A stretch of 64,000 nt of DNA from an uncultured Actinomycetes bacterium (lineage in GTDB: Bacteria; Actinomycetota; UBA4738; HRBIN12), in NCBI GenBank assembly GCA_963723855.1, contig CAVRSI010000038.1:4282-68281 (forward strand), given 5' to 3'. Below, piece after piece: positions 36,821 through 47,700 of the stretch (the first letter of the stretch is position 1; every line of letters starts with the position of its first letter). Below the pieces are notes generated by a model, which saw nothing but the letters and a program-made list of their open reading frames with translations, made no database searches and was not told the origin of the DNA. The translations under genes and the position numbers were made by a program.

Positions 36821-38371
36821 GTGCGCACGCTCGTCCTCGGCGACCCGGTCGTCGCGCTCGGCGACCGGACGCTGATCCCGGACGGCGCGCTCATCGTCGA
36901 GGGGCCGGCGATCGTCGCCGCCGGCCCGCGCGCGGAGCTCGAGGAGCGGGGACCGTTCGACCGGGTGCTCGGCTCCGGCGCGCACTTCGTGCTGCCGGGC
37001 TTCGTCAACGCGCACTACCACTCGGAGCTCGCGATCGGGCCCGGCCTGTACCAGTTCATCTTCGAGCGTGCGAACGTCTTCATGCAGGGCGGCGTCGGCG
37101 ACGTCGAGGAGGACGACCTGTACGCGGGCGTGCTCTGGGGCCTGGTCAACGCGATCAAGGGCGGGCAGACCGCGACCGTCGACATGTACTACGGCCGTCC
37201 GGGGATGACCGACTTCGGATGCCGGCCGGCGTTGCAGGCCTACGAGGACGTCGGGATACGCACGGCGTTCGGGCTGGTCAGCCGCGACGAGAACATCTAC
37301 GTGCACGAGCCGAACGAGCGGTTCCTGTCACGGTTGCCCACCGACCTCGCCGACGAGGTGCGCCGCTCCCCCATGGGCTACGCGTGGCCGGTCGAGGACG
37401 TGATGGGGGCCTTCGAGCGGCTCTCGGCGGACTGGCACGGCCGAAGCGACCGGATCCGCATCGTCACCGCGCCGGACTGGACGCCGGCGTGCTCCGACGA
37501 GCTGTACCGACGCTGCCGCCGCGTGGCGGACGAGCACGCGACCGGCATGATCACGCACGTCCTGGAGACTCGCTCGGAGATGCTCTACAACCTGGAGCGC
37601 TACGGGAAGCCGGCGCTCCGGCGCCTCGTCGACATCGGCGTGCTCACGACGCAGACCGTGCTCGAGCACTTCGTCTGGGTCACGGACGAGGAGCTGGCGA
37701 TCTTCGCGGAGTCGGGCGCGGTGGCCTCGAACAACCCGGGGTCGAACCTGCGCCTCTCCAGCGGGATCTGCCGCGTGCGCGACATCATGGACACCGGTGG
37801 CCGGATCGCGTTCGGCACGGACGGGATCTCGTTCTCCGATCGCGAGGACTTCTTCCAGGAGCTCCGCCTCGCGTGCTACCTGCAGCGGTTCCCGCGGACG
37901 TTCGAGCGGCAGCGGCTGGACAGCGAGGCCGTGTTCCGCGCCGCGGCGGCGAACGGCGCGCGGGCGCTCGGGTTGGAGGATCGTCTGGGATCGCTCGAGC
38001 CCGGTCGCTACGCCGACCTGTTGATCGTCGAGAAGGAACGGATCCTGTTCCCGCCGGGGCGCTACGACGCAGAGCCGTTCCTCGACGTCGTGATCGACCG
38101 TGCCGACTCCTCCGACATCGACACGGTCATGGTGCACGGGCGCGTCCTGATGGAAGGCAAGCGGGTCACCGTGGTCGATGAGGACGCCGTGAAGGCTCGG
38201 TTCGCGGAAGCGGTGCACCGCAGGATGTACCGCCTGCCGGAGCACGTGCGGCGGTGGGCCGCGCTCGGGCCGCTCGTCGAACCGTACGTCATCGACTTCT
38301 ACCAGCGCTGGTACGACACGCCGATCGAGCCCGCATACGGATACAACGCGCAGGTCCCGCCGGTCGTGTGA
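36821..38371 (+). CDS. amidohydrolase family protein (second, divergent, 516 aa)
   Basis: GTG start. LPGFVNAHYHSE, ITHVLETRSE and SNNPGSNLRLSSG are family-typical. A long C-terminal extension is present. Confidence 0.8.
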   Translation: MRTLVLGDPVVALGDRTLIPDGALIVEGPAIVAAGPRAELEERGPFDRVLGSGAHFVLPGFVNAHYHSELAIGPGLYQFIFERANVFMQGGVGDVEEDDLYAGVLWGLVNAIKGGQTATVDMYYGRPGMTDFGCRPALQAYEDVGIRTAFGLVSRDENIYVHEPNERFLSRLPTDLADEVRRSPMGYAWPVEDVMGAFERLSADWHGRSDRIRIVTAPDWTPACSDELYRRCRRVADEHATGMITHVLETRSEMLYNLERYGKPALRRLVDIGVLTTQTVLEHFVWVTDEELAIFAESGAVASNNPGSNLRLSSGICRVRDIMDTGGRIAFGTDGISFSDREDFFQELRLACYLQRFPRTFERQRLDSEAVFRAAAANGARALGLEDRLGSLEPGRYADLLIVEKERILFPPGRYDAEPFLDVVIDRADSSDIDTVMVHGRVLMEGKRVTVVDEDAVKARFAEAVHRRMYRLPEHVRRWAALGPLVEPYVIDFYQRWYDTPIEPAYGYNAQVPPVV

Positions 38372-38384
38372 GCGCAGGGCCTTT

Positions 38385-39255
38385 TCAGCGGGGCGCATCG
38401 AACACGTATCGCAACGACCGTGACAGGCTCAGCGCCGGTCCGGTCTCGTGGTATTCGCCAGGGAGGACTTCGTGATCGATCTCGAGACTCGGATACACAC
38501 GACCACGCAACAGTTCGACCATCCGCTCGACATCGGCCACCCTGTCGCTCGGAGGTTCCGCCTCGTCCTCGGCTTCGGCTTTGGCTCGCGCATCGGCGTC
38601 GAGCTGTTCGCGGAGGCGCTTGCTGCCCGCCGGGTTCTCATACCCGCCAACAGACAGGTACACCTTCGCCGGAAGGTCGACATGCGTGCGCGCGTATGCC
38701 GCCTCATGGTCGAACACCAAGCCTGAGTCCCACCAATACGAGGGGCTGCCGATGCCGAAGCGCCGGAACGTGGCGGGTTCGTTCAGGAGGACATACGTCG
38801 CGAACAACCCACCGAGCGAATACCCGAAGAACATCGCGTCATCCGGATCGACGTCGTACCCCGCCCTCACCCAAGGCTTGAGCTCATCCCGGATGAACGC
38901 AAGGAAGCGGCCGGCGCCGGCCATCGTGGCCGGGTCGTCGTCCGCATAGCGTGGGTCGACGGTCGGGGTGAAGTCGCGAAGATCGCAGATCGAGGATCTC
39001 ATCGTTGTTCGCCGTGCGATATCCGATGCCGACAACGAGCATCGAGGGAAGGCGCTCGAAGATGTTCAGGAGCCGGACCATCTCTACCGCGGTACCGAAC
39101 TGGAGACTGGGGTCGCCGAGGTACAACACCGGTCGCGGGGAGGATCCCGGCGAGCCGCAGTGACCAACATGGATCTTGAACTCGTCGCCTACATGCTCTG
39201 AGCGGAGGTAATGCACTTCGGTATCGGTCAGAGGTGAGTCGTCGTTACTGATCAT
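38385..39255 (-). pseudogene. alpha/beta-hydrolase esterase (IroE/enterochelin-esterase-like family), one frame break
   Basis: ATG at 39255 follows GAGGGAG. MISNDDSPLTDTEVHYLRSEHVGDEFKIHV...GIGYRTANNDEILDLRS is followed by RDFTPTVDP...FFGYSLGGLFATYVL (GxSxG motif) in ORF 38385..39035. The break lies near 38980. Hand-counted GC is about 58-63 %. Confidence 0.7.
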
Positions 39256-39418
39256 GGGACGCGCTCCCTCTGCAGGATCGAGCATCGCTCGTCGGCGGAT
39301 GCTATCAGGGTCCCGGCCGTACCTCGGTCGAACGGCCCTTTGCGGCCGGGACGATGGAGCCTTCCGCCATCGAGGCAGACCGAGGCAGGCTACACACAGA
39401 GAGATCTGAGGCTCGGCG

Positions 39419-40315
39419 ATGCTTGAGATCCGCGATCTGACGAAGCGTTACGGGGACCTCGTGGCCCTGGACGGGGTCTCGTTCGACGTCGCCCCGGGCC
39501 GGATCCTCGGGTTCCTCGGTCCGAACGGCGCCGGCAAGACCACCACGATGCGAGCCATCTTCGGCCTCGTGCGGCCCGATCGCGGCGAGGTCCGGTGGAG
39601 GGGCAAGCCGGTCGGGCCTACGGAGCGGGCCCGGTTCGGCTACATGCCGGAGGAACGCGGGCTCTATCCCAAGATGAAGGTCGGTGCGCAACTCACCTAC
39701 CTGGCCGAGCTGTCGGGGTTGAGCGGAGCGGCGGCGAGCGAGGCGGCAACCGGGTGGCTCGAACGCCTCGGCCTGGCCGAACGGGCGGGCGCGCGGCTCG
39801 AGGAGCTCTCCCACGGCAACCAGCAGCGGGTGCAGCTGGCCGCGGCGATCGTGCATGACCCGGAGCTCGCGGTGCTCGACGAGCCGTTCAGCGGGCTGGA
39901 TCCCCTGGGGGTCGGATCCCTCGCCGAGCTGCTGGTGCAGACCGCCGCCATGGGCATGGCCGTCGTGTTCTCCAGCCACCAGCTCGACCTGGTCGAGGAC
40001 GTGTGCCAGGACGTCGTGATCATCGACCACGGGCACATCGTGCAGGCCGGCGTGGTCGAGGAGCTGAAGGCCGCCTCGCCCTACCGTTCGCTCGAGGTCA
40101 GCGTGAACGGCCAGCCGTGGGTACCGACGCTGCCGACCGGCGCCGTCACGAGCAAGCGGGACGGCCGGACGCGCGTCCTGGTCGACACCGGCGTCGACCT
40201 GGACGAGATCCTGGCCGACGCGCGCCGGGCCGGCGAGGTCACGGCGTTCAGCTTCGAGCCGCCGTCGCTGACCGACCTGTTCCTCGAGGCCGTATCGGAA
40301 GGAGGTGACGCATGA
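39419..40315 (+). CDS. ABC-2-type transporter ATP-binding protein
   Basis: GPNGAGKTT, LSHGNQQRVQL and LDEPFSGLD are the ABC motifs. The C-terminal domain is DUF4162-like. Confidence 0.85.
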   Translation: MLEIRDLTKRYGDLVALDGVSFDVAPGRILGFLGPNGAGKTTTMRAIFGLVRPDRGEVRWRGKPVGPTERARFGYMPEERGLYPKMKVGAQLTYLAELSGLSGAAASEAATGWLERLGLAERAGARLEELSHGNQQRVQLAAAIVHDPELAVLDEPFSGLDPLGVGSLAELLVQTAAMGMAVVFSSHQLDLVEDVCQDVVIIDHGHIVQAGVVEELKAASPYRSLEVSVNGQPWVPTLPTGAVTSKRDGRTRVLVDTGVDLDEILADARRAGEVTAFSFEPPSLTDLFLEAVSEGGDA

Positions 40316-41499
40316 GCGGCGGTTGGAGGCGCGTGGGGCTGGTGGCTCGGCGCGAGTGGGACCAGCGCGCCCGCACGACCGCGTTCCGGATCTCCACGCT
40401 CATCTCCATCCTGATCGTGGTCGCCATCATCGTGGTGCCCGAGATGTACGGCGGAGGCGTGGAACCGACGAGGACCGTCGGATTGGTCGGCCGGAGCTCC
40501 CCGCAGCTCCCCGCGCTCCTTCGCGCCTCCGGCGAGCAGCTCGGTGTCACCGTGGAGACGCGGGGATTCGCCGACGAGGCCGCCGGGCGGGCGGCCCTCC
40601 GCTCGGACGACGTGTCGGTGCTGCTGGTGGACGAGGGGCAGCTCGTGTGGAACGCGGACGTCGACGACCAGCTGCGGACCATCGTCGCCTCGGCGGTGAC
40701 CGTCGCGACGCAGCGGCAGATGGTGAGCGAGCTCGGTCTCACCGCGGATCAGGCGCAGACGCTGCTGCAACCCCCCGCCCTGCCGTCCCGGAGCCTGGAG
40801 CCCGCTTCGAAGGAGCGCGACGCGCGGGTCGCGCTGGCCGTGGTGGGATTGGCGCTGCTGTTCACCGCCATCGCCTTCTACGGGGGCTTCGTGCTGGTCG
40901 GCGCCATCGAGGAGAAGTCCAGCCGTGTGGTCGAGGTGCTGCTCTCCCGGCTCCGGCCGACGGAGCTCTTGACCGGCAAGATCGTCGGGATCGGGCTGGT
41001 CGGATTGGCACAGTTCACGCTGGTGGCGGCGTCCGCGCTGGTAGCGCTGAAGCTGTCGGGGAACACCGTGGCCCCGACAACGACGCCGAGCACGATCGGG
41101 TGGATCCTGTTCTGGTTCATCCTGGCGTACGCGTTCTACGCGGTGCTGTACGCGGCAGCCGGCTCGCTGGTCTCGCGTCAGGAGGAGGCGCAGAGCATCC
41201 AGGTCCCGATCACGGCGATCCTGCTCGTCGGGTACATCTTCGCGCTTCAGGCTGCGCAGTCGCCCGACGGCGTCGCGGCGGTCTTCGGCTCGTTGTTCCC
41301 CCCGACGGCCCCGATGGTGATGACCGTCCGCATGGCGGTGGGCGGGGTCCCGGTGTGGCAGATCGTGCTGTCGGTGGCGCTGATGGTCGTCACGATCTAC
41401 GGCATGGTGCAGCTGGCCGGACGCATCTACTCGGGCTCGGTGCTCCGGATCGGTCCGCGGATCCGGTTGCGCGAGGCATGGCAGGCTCGCGAGGCGTGA
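40312..41499 (+). CDS. ABC-2 family transporter permease
   Basis: ATGA overlap with the ATPase gene. One N-terminal TM segment is followed by a large loop and then 5 TM segments. Confidence 0.8.
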   Translation: MSGGWRRVGLVARREWDQRARTTAFRISTLISILIVVAIIVVPEMYGGGVEPTRTVGLVGRSSPQLPALLRASGEQLGVTVETRGFADEAAGRAALRSDDVSVLLVDEGQLVWNADVDDQLRTIVASAVTVATQRQMVSELGLTADQAQTLLQPPALPSRSLEPASKERDARVALAVVGLALLFTAIAFYGGFVLVGAIEEKSSRVVEVLLSRLRPTELLTGKIVGIGLVGLAQFTLVAASALVALKLSGNTVAPTTTPSTIGWILFWFILAYAFYAVLYAAAGSLVSRQEEAQSIQVPITAILLVGYIFALQAAQSPDGVAAVFGSLFPPTAPMVMTVRMAVGGVPVWQIVLSVALMVVTIYGMVQLAGRIYSGSVLRIGPRIRLREAWQAREA

Positions 41500-41514
41500 C
41501 CTGGGCCGGACGAT

Positions 41515-42526
41515 TCAGTCGGGGAGCAGCCCCAGCATCCGCGCGAAATTGTCGCCCATGATGCCGTCGATCTTGGCTTGCGGGATCTCGGGCAGGTGCA
41601 CGAGCGGCGCCTCCTCGTTCACGGTGCGGAGCTTGTCGAGGAGCTTCACCGGGTCGTAGAGGAACCCCGGATAGTCGGTGCCGAAGAACAGCTTCTCGAG
41701 CGGGACGAACATCGGTTCGCACCGCGAGAGCAGCAGGAAGAGGTCGCGGCGCGTGAGGGTCGCGATCAGGTACGAGAGCTCCGTGTAGAAGTTCGGATGC
41801 TTCGTGAGCAGGAACAACGCCTCGTCGACCCACGGGAGCCCGCAGTGCGCGACGATCACGCGCAGGTCGCGGAACTCGCGGCCGATGTCGTCGAGCATCG
41901 CCGGACGGCCGAGCTCCAGCTTCGCGTCGATCCGCGTCGAGCCGGCCTGGTGGATCATCACGGGGATCCCCAGGTCCTGCGCCGCCTGATAGAGAGGGAA
42001 CGCCAGATCGGGATCGTTCGCCGCCCAGTGCTGGTACATCGGGTAGAGCTTCACGCCCGCCAGCCCGAGCTCCGTCACCGCGCGTCCCAGCTCCTCGACA
42101 GCCGGGCCGACGCCTCCGTACGCAGGGTTCACCGAGGCGAAGCCGATGAACCGCTCGGGGTCGGCTCGCACGACCGCCGCCACGTAGTCGTTGCAGCGAT
42201 CGGGGTGCATCGGCTCGCCGAGCCCGAGCGCGCCGGTGGTGTCGACGGTGCCGATCAACCGGCCATCGAGCCATCTGCGGCGAGATCGCGAGGACGACGA
42301 CCTTGTCGAAGCCCGGGTGATCGCGCAGCGACTCTGACGGCCCGATCACCGGCCAGCCCTTGCGCGTGTAGCCGCTCGCCTCCCACTCGTCCTCGGTCGG
42401 CATCCGGTGCGACGGAAGCAGCCCCATGCTCCGGTAGATGCAGAGCGACCCCTCACGACCGTACTCCAGGGTGAGCTCCGGGTCCTCGGCGAGGCTCAGG
42501 ATGTGGCTGTGCGCGTCGACGATCAC
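41515..42526 (-). pseudogene. amidohydrolase-2 (ACMSD/TIM-barrel metal-dependent hydrolase) family protein, one frame break
   Basis: MIVDAHSHILS...FDKVVVLAISPQ is in ORF 41390..42526. LDGRLIGTVDTTGALGLGEP...VMIHQAGS...FGTDYPGF is in ORF 41515..42258. The break lies near 42275. Confidence 0.7.
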
Positions 42527-42586
42527 GGCGAGACCCCTCCGACCGAGCCCGGCGGGACGCTCGGCCGCTAGAGGATACGCTCGCGA

Positions 42587-43111
42587 TCAGTAGTGGTAGC
42601 CGCCGCCCCCGCTCGAGCCGGAAGTCGCCGCGGCACCCGCAGCAGACGCGACCGAGAAGCCGGCCACGCCCTGACCCGTCGCCTGGCCCGGAGCCGTGTC
42701 GCCGACCCAGAGGTAGAGCGGCATCCCGGCGTACGTCACCTGGGTGCCGCCGTCGGGCCGATCGATCGTGCCGAGCTTGCTCGCATCGACGCCGGATCCC
42801 GCCGTCGCCGCGGTCTCGCCGCCCGTCAGGAGCACCGGGGGCCAGCTCTGTGCGCAGGAACCGGTGCACTTGATCGTTCCGGACGACTCGGTACCCAACG
42901 TGTAGAGCGTCATCCCGTTCCCGTCGACCAGCACCTTCCCCACACCCGACACGGTCGCCGTCGAGATGGTCGTTCCACCACTGGACGCGGTGCTGCCGGT
43001 GCTGCCTGTGTTGCCGCTCCCGCTCGTGGTCGAGTCGTTCGCGCAGGCCGCCAGGAGCAGCGCCGCCGCCACGAACATCGGTCCGATCCACGCCACACGT
43101 CTGTTCGTCAT
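42587..43111 (-). CDS. lipoprotein with Yx(FWY)xxD repeats (COG4315-type)
   Basis: The signal ends in the lipobox LLLAAC. Repeats include [11 protein letters not shown] and [21 protein letters not shown]. Confidence 0.75.
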   Translation of the reverse strand: MTNRRVAWIGPMFVAAALLLAACANDSTTSGSGNTGSTGSTASSGGTTISTATVSGVGKVLVDGNGMTLYTLGTESSGTIKCTGSCAQSWPPVLLTGGETAATAGSGVDASKLGTIDRPDGGTQVTYAGMPLYLWVGDTAPGQATGQGVAGFSVASAAGAAATSGSSGGGGYHY

Positions 43112-43229
43112 CGTTCCTCCCGAGGATGATCGTCGTTCCGGAGGGCATACGGCCGGCGGGTCCGAGCGGCTTGAAGGAGGACGCCGGTCGACGTTGCGTT
43201 CCTGTGTCGACCGGTCTGCCAGCTCCTCG

Positions 43230-43871
43230 CTACGCGGGAGGCGTCGGCTTCTTCCCCGGCAGCTGATCGACCTCGGTCTCGTCCCAGACCGTGCTGTCCT
43301 TGCCGAGCGACATGACGTTGAACTGGTAGTCGAACACCAGCGAGCCGCCGTAGGTCGCGCCGTACGCCACGAGTCCGCCCGCCAGTACCGAGAGGATCAT
43401 CGTCGGCAGCTGCGCGGCGTGTCGGTCGAACTGCACCAGCCGCAGCGCGATGTCGACGGCGACGATCAGCGTGACCGTGACCATCACGGCCATGTGCCAG
43501 TTCGCGGTCCGCCAGACCTGTGTGTGATGGGCCTGACCCAGCGGTCCGGTCTTGCGGCGCGCCTGCCCCTTCCACCAGTCCCAGAAGCCGGTGGTGGCGG
43601 TCGCCAGCGAGACGAGGCCGCCTGCGATCAGGACGATCGTGCCCGCGACGAAGAAGTCGTGCGCGACCGCGCCCGGCTGCCCGGACGGGTTGCCGCGCGC
43701 GGCCACGTAGGAGACGACGTCCATCGCCGCGACCAGCACGTAGCTGGCGATCGGGATGTCCGTCAGGGGCGGGTGGGTCGGCTTGCCGGCCCACCCGCGG
43801 ATCCCCATGAACCTCCGGCCCTTGAGCGTGATGCCCGGCCGGATCGAGAAGAGCCGATTCCCTCGTGCCAT
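43230..43871 (-). CDS. DUF2231-like integral membrane protein
   Basis: Inner ATG at 43871. [14 protein letters not shown] is followed by four TM segments. Confidence 0.65.
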   Translation of the reverse strand: MARGNRLFSIRPGITLKGRRFMGIRGWAGKPTHPPLTDIPIASYVLVAAMDVVSYVAARGNPSGQPGAVAHDFFVAGTIVLIAGGLVSLATATTGFWDWWKGQARRKTGPLGQAHHTQVWRTANWHMAVMVTVTLIVAVDIALRLVQFDRHAAQLPTMILSVLAGGLVAYGATYGGSLVFDYQFNVMSLGKDSTVWDETEVDQLPGKKPTPPA

Positions 43872-43930
43872 CGACGGAAAGCGTAGTCGCCCGTGACGAA
43901 ACGCGTCGGGTTTCGAACCGGTCCGAGGCT

Positions 43931-44560
43931 CTACGCCAAGGCGTCGAGCCAGCGGTGCCCGGGATGGACGCTCGCCAGCGCGTCCGCCAGCCACGCCCGT
44001 CGTTGCAGGCTCAAGAGCGGCAGGATGCCTGCGAAGTCCGCGTCGTCCTTCGGGCGGGAGTGCTTCGCCTTGAAGAGCAGCACGATCTCCGGCACCAGGT
44101 ACGGGACGCCGTCGGCGGTCGTCCCGATGATCCGCTCGTACGGCAGACGGATGCGCTCGTCACGGCGGCAGATCCACACATCGCCGTCGTGTGGCTCGCG
44201 GAAGACGTCGAGCCGGTAGACGCCGGTGTCCGGCTCGCGGACCCACGTCTGGTGCATGACGTCGAACGCCGTGCTCTCGAGCGGCCACCGGTGTCCCGAG
44301 CCGACGACGTCGAACGCGAACCCGTCCAGCGCCGCACGGATCGCATCGAAGCGCCCGATCGGCACCGCGATCTCAAGATCCTCGTGCTCCCGCGTCGTCT
44401 CGCCGCGGAAGAGGTCGAGCGCCCACCCCGCCGCCACGCACCACGGGACGTCGACGCCGGCGAGCCGCTCCGTGACCTCGACCGGGTGCCACGCGTCCCA
44501 CGGCGGGTCCTCCCCCACCTCGATCCCGCCGGGTGGGAGCTCCTCCTCGGCCGGATCCAC
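43931..44560 (-). CDS. nucleotidyltransferase-fold protein (aminoglycoside 2-double-prime adenylyltransferase-like family)
   Basis: VPWCVAAGWALDLFRGETTREHEDLEIAVP resembles the ANT(2'')-type G-G-W-A-x-D ... D-x-D catalytic core. The substrate cannot be inferred. Confidence 0.6.
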   Translation of the reverse strand: MDPAEEELPPGGIEVGEDPPWDAWHPVEVTERLAGVDVPWCVAAGWALDLFRGETTREHEDLEIAVPIGRFDAIRAALDGFAFDVVGSGHRWPLESTAFDVMHQTWVREPDTGVYRLDVFREPHDGDVWICRRDERIRLPYERIIGTTADGVPYLVPEIVLLFKAKHSRPKDDADFAGILPLLSLQRRAWLADALASVHPGHRWLDALA

Positions 44561-44573
44561 GGGCGAACGTCCG

Positions 44574-44690
44574 TCAGGCTTCGAGCGACGGCTGTTGCGC
44601 GAACTCCTGCCTCACCCGCTGGAGGGCCTTGTAGGCGCTGAAGAGCGCGAGGGCGAGACCGATCAACGCGGTGATCTGTTTGAACGTCAT
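44574..44690 (-). CDS. possible 38-aa single-TM peptide
   Basis: My own translation gives MTFKQITALIGLALALFSAYKALQRVRQEFAQQPSLEA. The SD is weak. It lies between the cyclase gene and the nucleotidyltransferase gene. Confidence 0.2.
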   Translation of the reverse strand: MTFKQITALIGLALALFSAYKALQRVRQEFAQQPSLEA

Positions 44691-44776
44691 GCTCGGATGC
44701 TAGACGGTCCCGCTCGAACCCGACGGCGGGACCTGGCCGACGCGATCGCTGGGGATCCGCCCGACACGCCTTCCGG

Positions 44777-47700
44777 TTACCGGGCTTCGACCTCGGCGAT
44801 GCGAGCGCTGAGTGTGTGCAGACGGACCAGCACACCCTTGCGTTCGAAGAGATCCAGAGCGATATGAAGATGCTCGAGTCCTTCGTCGCGTTCATCCTTC
44901 GCGATCAGGATCTCGCCCAACTCCTGATGCGAAGCACCTTTCTCATAGAGGTAGTCGGTCGTTTCCCCGGCCGCGATCGCCTCCCGCGCGTACGGCTCGG
45001 CTTCGTCGAGGCGTCCCTGCCGTCGCATGATCTTCGCGCGGATACGTCGGATCCCGATCACCGTCACGGCGTCGTCCACGGCCGCCTGCTCCTCGGCTTC
45101 CCTCAGCGTCGTCTCTGCTTCGTCGGGCCGACCCTGCGACACGATCGCGTCGGCGAGATAGATCAACGAAGTGGAGAGGTACCCACGCTCTCCCATGTCA
45201 CGAAGCTGCTCGATGCCTTCCCTCGCTACCCGCTCCGTCTCCGCGTAGCGCTCGAGCAATAGCCCGGCCTCGAGGTATGCATGAGCCGCCGCGAGATGCA
45301 GACGCTCTCCGAGCTCACGGGCGCGCGTCACGGAGATCGAGAACCTCTCGTCCGCGAGGTCGGTCTCACCCCGCATCGCATGAGCGACCGCGAGCGACTG
45401 ACTGAGCTCGTACGAGGAGCTCCCCAGCGTCTCGATCTCCGCGATGAGCTCGCTCGCCCTCGTCACCACCTCATCAGCGGGAACCGGTCCCCAGACGAAT
45501 GGGCCGAGCAATTCGTTGGACGTGATCCGCATGAGCCGCTCGGATCCGGCGCGCTCGGCATGCACGTGCGCACGTTCGAGAGCTTCCAGGGACCCTGCAC
45601 CGTCGCCGAGCCAGAATCGGAACGCGCCTACGACCGCCCACCCCTCGGCTAAACCCAGGTCATCGCCCTCGGCGGCGAGCGGCGCCATCCGGCTCTCGAC
45701 CTCCGCCAATGCCGGCCGCATCGCGAACTCCGGGTCGAGGTGGTTCAGCAGCAAGGTTCGTTGGATCGCGACGCGCGCGACCACCGTGTCGGCGCCTGCA
45801 TCCGCCGCCCGGACGGACGCTCCCTCGAGGAACTCGAGCGCTCGTTCGAGCTGACCGCCGTAATACAGCGCCTGTCCGAGGGACGGCAGCGCCGAGAGGG
45901 CGCGGGGGTCGTCGGCGGGCAGCAGCTCCATCGCGCGGCGCAGGAGCCGTTCGGCTGCCGCGACGTCGCCCCGTCCCAGCGCACGCTCTCCGGCCGCGAG
46001 TAGATGCGTGCCCGCACGGGCGGCGATCGCGCGTCCGGCGTCGTCGACGGGACCGAGCTCTTCCCGGTACCGGTACGACTGCTCGAGGTGATAGCCCACG
46101 AACTCATCCAGCTCCCCAGCTGACCGGGCTTCGCGCCCGAGCCAACCCGCGAACCCCTCGTGCAACGCTGCGCGGAGTTCCTTCGGTATCGCGTCATACA
46201 CGGCATCCCGGACCAGCAGATGCCGGAACCGATACGAGTCTTCTTCGCCGAGGTCTCCACGATCCGGGCGGATCAGGTCCTTCCGAAGGAGGGCCCTGAT
46301 CCCGTCGTTGACCTTGCCGGATTGCTCGTCGCTCACGAGGGATCTGATCGAGGAGCCTGCGAACACCTTTCCGATGATCGCGGCGCACTCCAGTACCACG
46401 CGCTCGATCGGGGCCAATCGGTCGAGCCGGGCCGCGATCAATGCATGGACCGTGGGTGGCACCTTCACTTCCGACAGATCACCGGCAGCGATCCATCGGT
46501 GGTCCTCTCGCACGAGATACCCATCGTCGATCAGCATCGCGACCATCTCTTCGACGAACAGGGGGTTGCCTTCGGCGGCCTCGGCCACGCGCGCCGACAC
46601 CTCGCCGGCGACCTCCGAGTCACCGATCAGATCGGCGACGAGCTCCACCGTCTCGGCTCGCGTCAACGGCTCCAACAGGATCGAGGTCGCGTTCGCGACG
46701 CCGCCACCCCAGCCGGGCCGGTCATCTCGAAGCTCGGGCCGCGCCTGCGCGAGGACCAGGATCGGGGCGTCCCGGGACCACTCGGCGACGTGCTCCACGA
46801 GATCGAGGAACGTCGACTCGGCCCACTGGAGATCGTCGAGGAGCAGGAGGAGCGGTCGATCGGCGGCCAGGATCTCGAGGAATCGCCGCAGCGCCCAGAA
46901 CGATTCCTCGACAGGCGCTTGCGTCTCCGAGAGGCCGACGAGGCACGCCACGAGGTCGGCGACACGCTCCGAGCGCTCTCCCGGCCCGATCACGTCGAGC
47001 AGTTTCCTCTGCGCGTCCCCGGGATGGTCCAGGATCGAGAGCCCGGCCGCTTGACCCACGAGCTCGACGACCGGCCAGAACGTGATGCCTTCGCCGTAGG
47101 CGAGGCATCGTCCACGGAGGACGGTCGCGTCCGCATCGACCTGGGCGGCGAACTCCTCCACCAGCCGCGTCTTTCCGGCACCTGCCGTTCCCACGATCGT
47201 GAAGAGCTGACAGGCGCGATCCGTCGTTACGCGCTCGAACGCTTGTCCGAGCAGCGCCAACTCGCGGTCACGACCGACCATCGGCGCGTCCAGTCGGCGG
47301 GTGTGTCCGACGGCACCGGCCGTGACGTCCTCGAGTCGATACGCGGAGATCGGCTCCGCCTTCCCTTTCGCCGCGATCGGATCCGCCGGCTCCGCCCTGA
47401 CCGCGTCGCGTGTCAGGCGATAGGTCTCTTCACCGATCAGGATCTCGCCAGGAGCGGCCGCCTGCTCCAAGCGGGCTGCGGTGTTGACGGCATCCCCGGT
47501 CACGAGCGCTTGCCCGGTCGTTGGATCGCCCGCGACGACCTCGCCGGTGTTCACGCCGATCCTCGAGGCGAGCGTGACGCCGTGATCGCGCTCCAGCTCC
47601 TTGTTGAGGTCGAGCAACCCCTCTCGCATCTCCACCGCAGCCCTGGCCGCGCGCAGAGCGTCGTCCTCGTGCACATGAGGGATCCCGAACACTGCCATCA

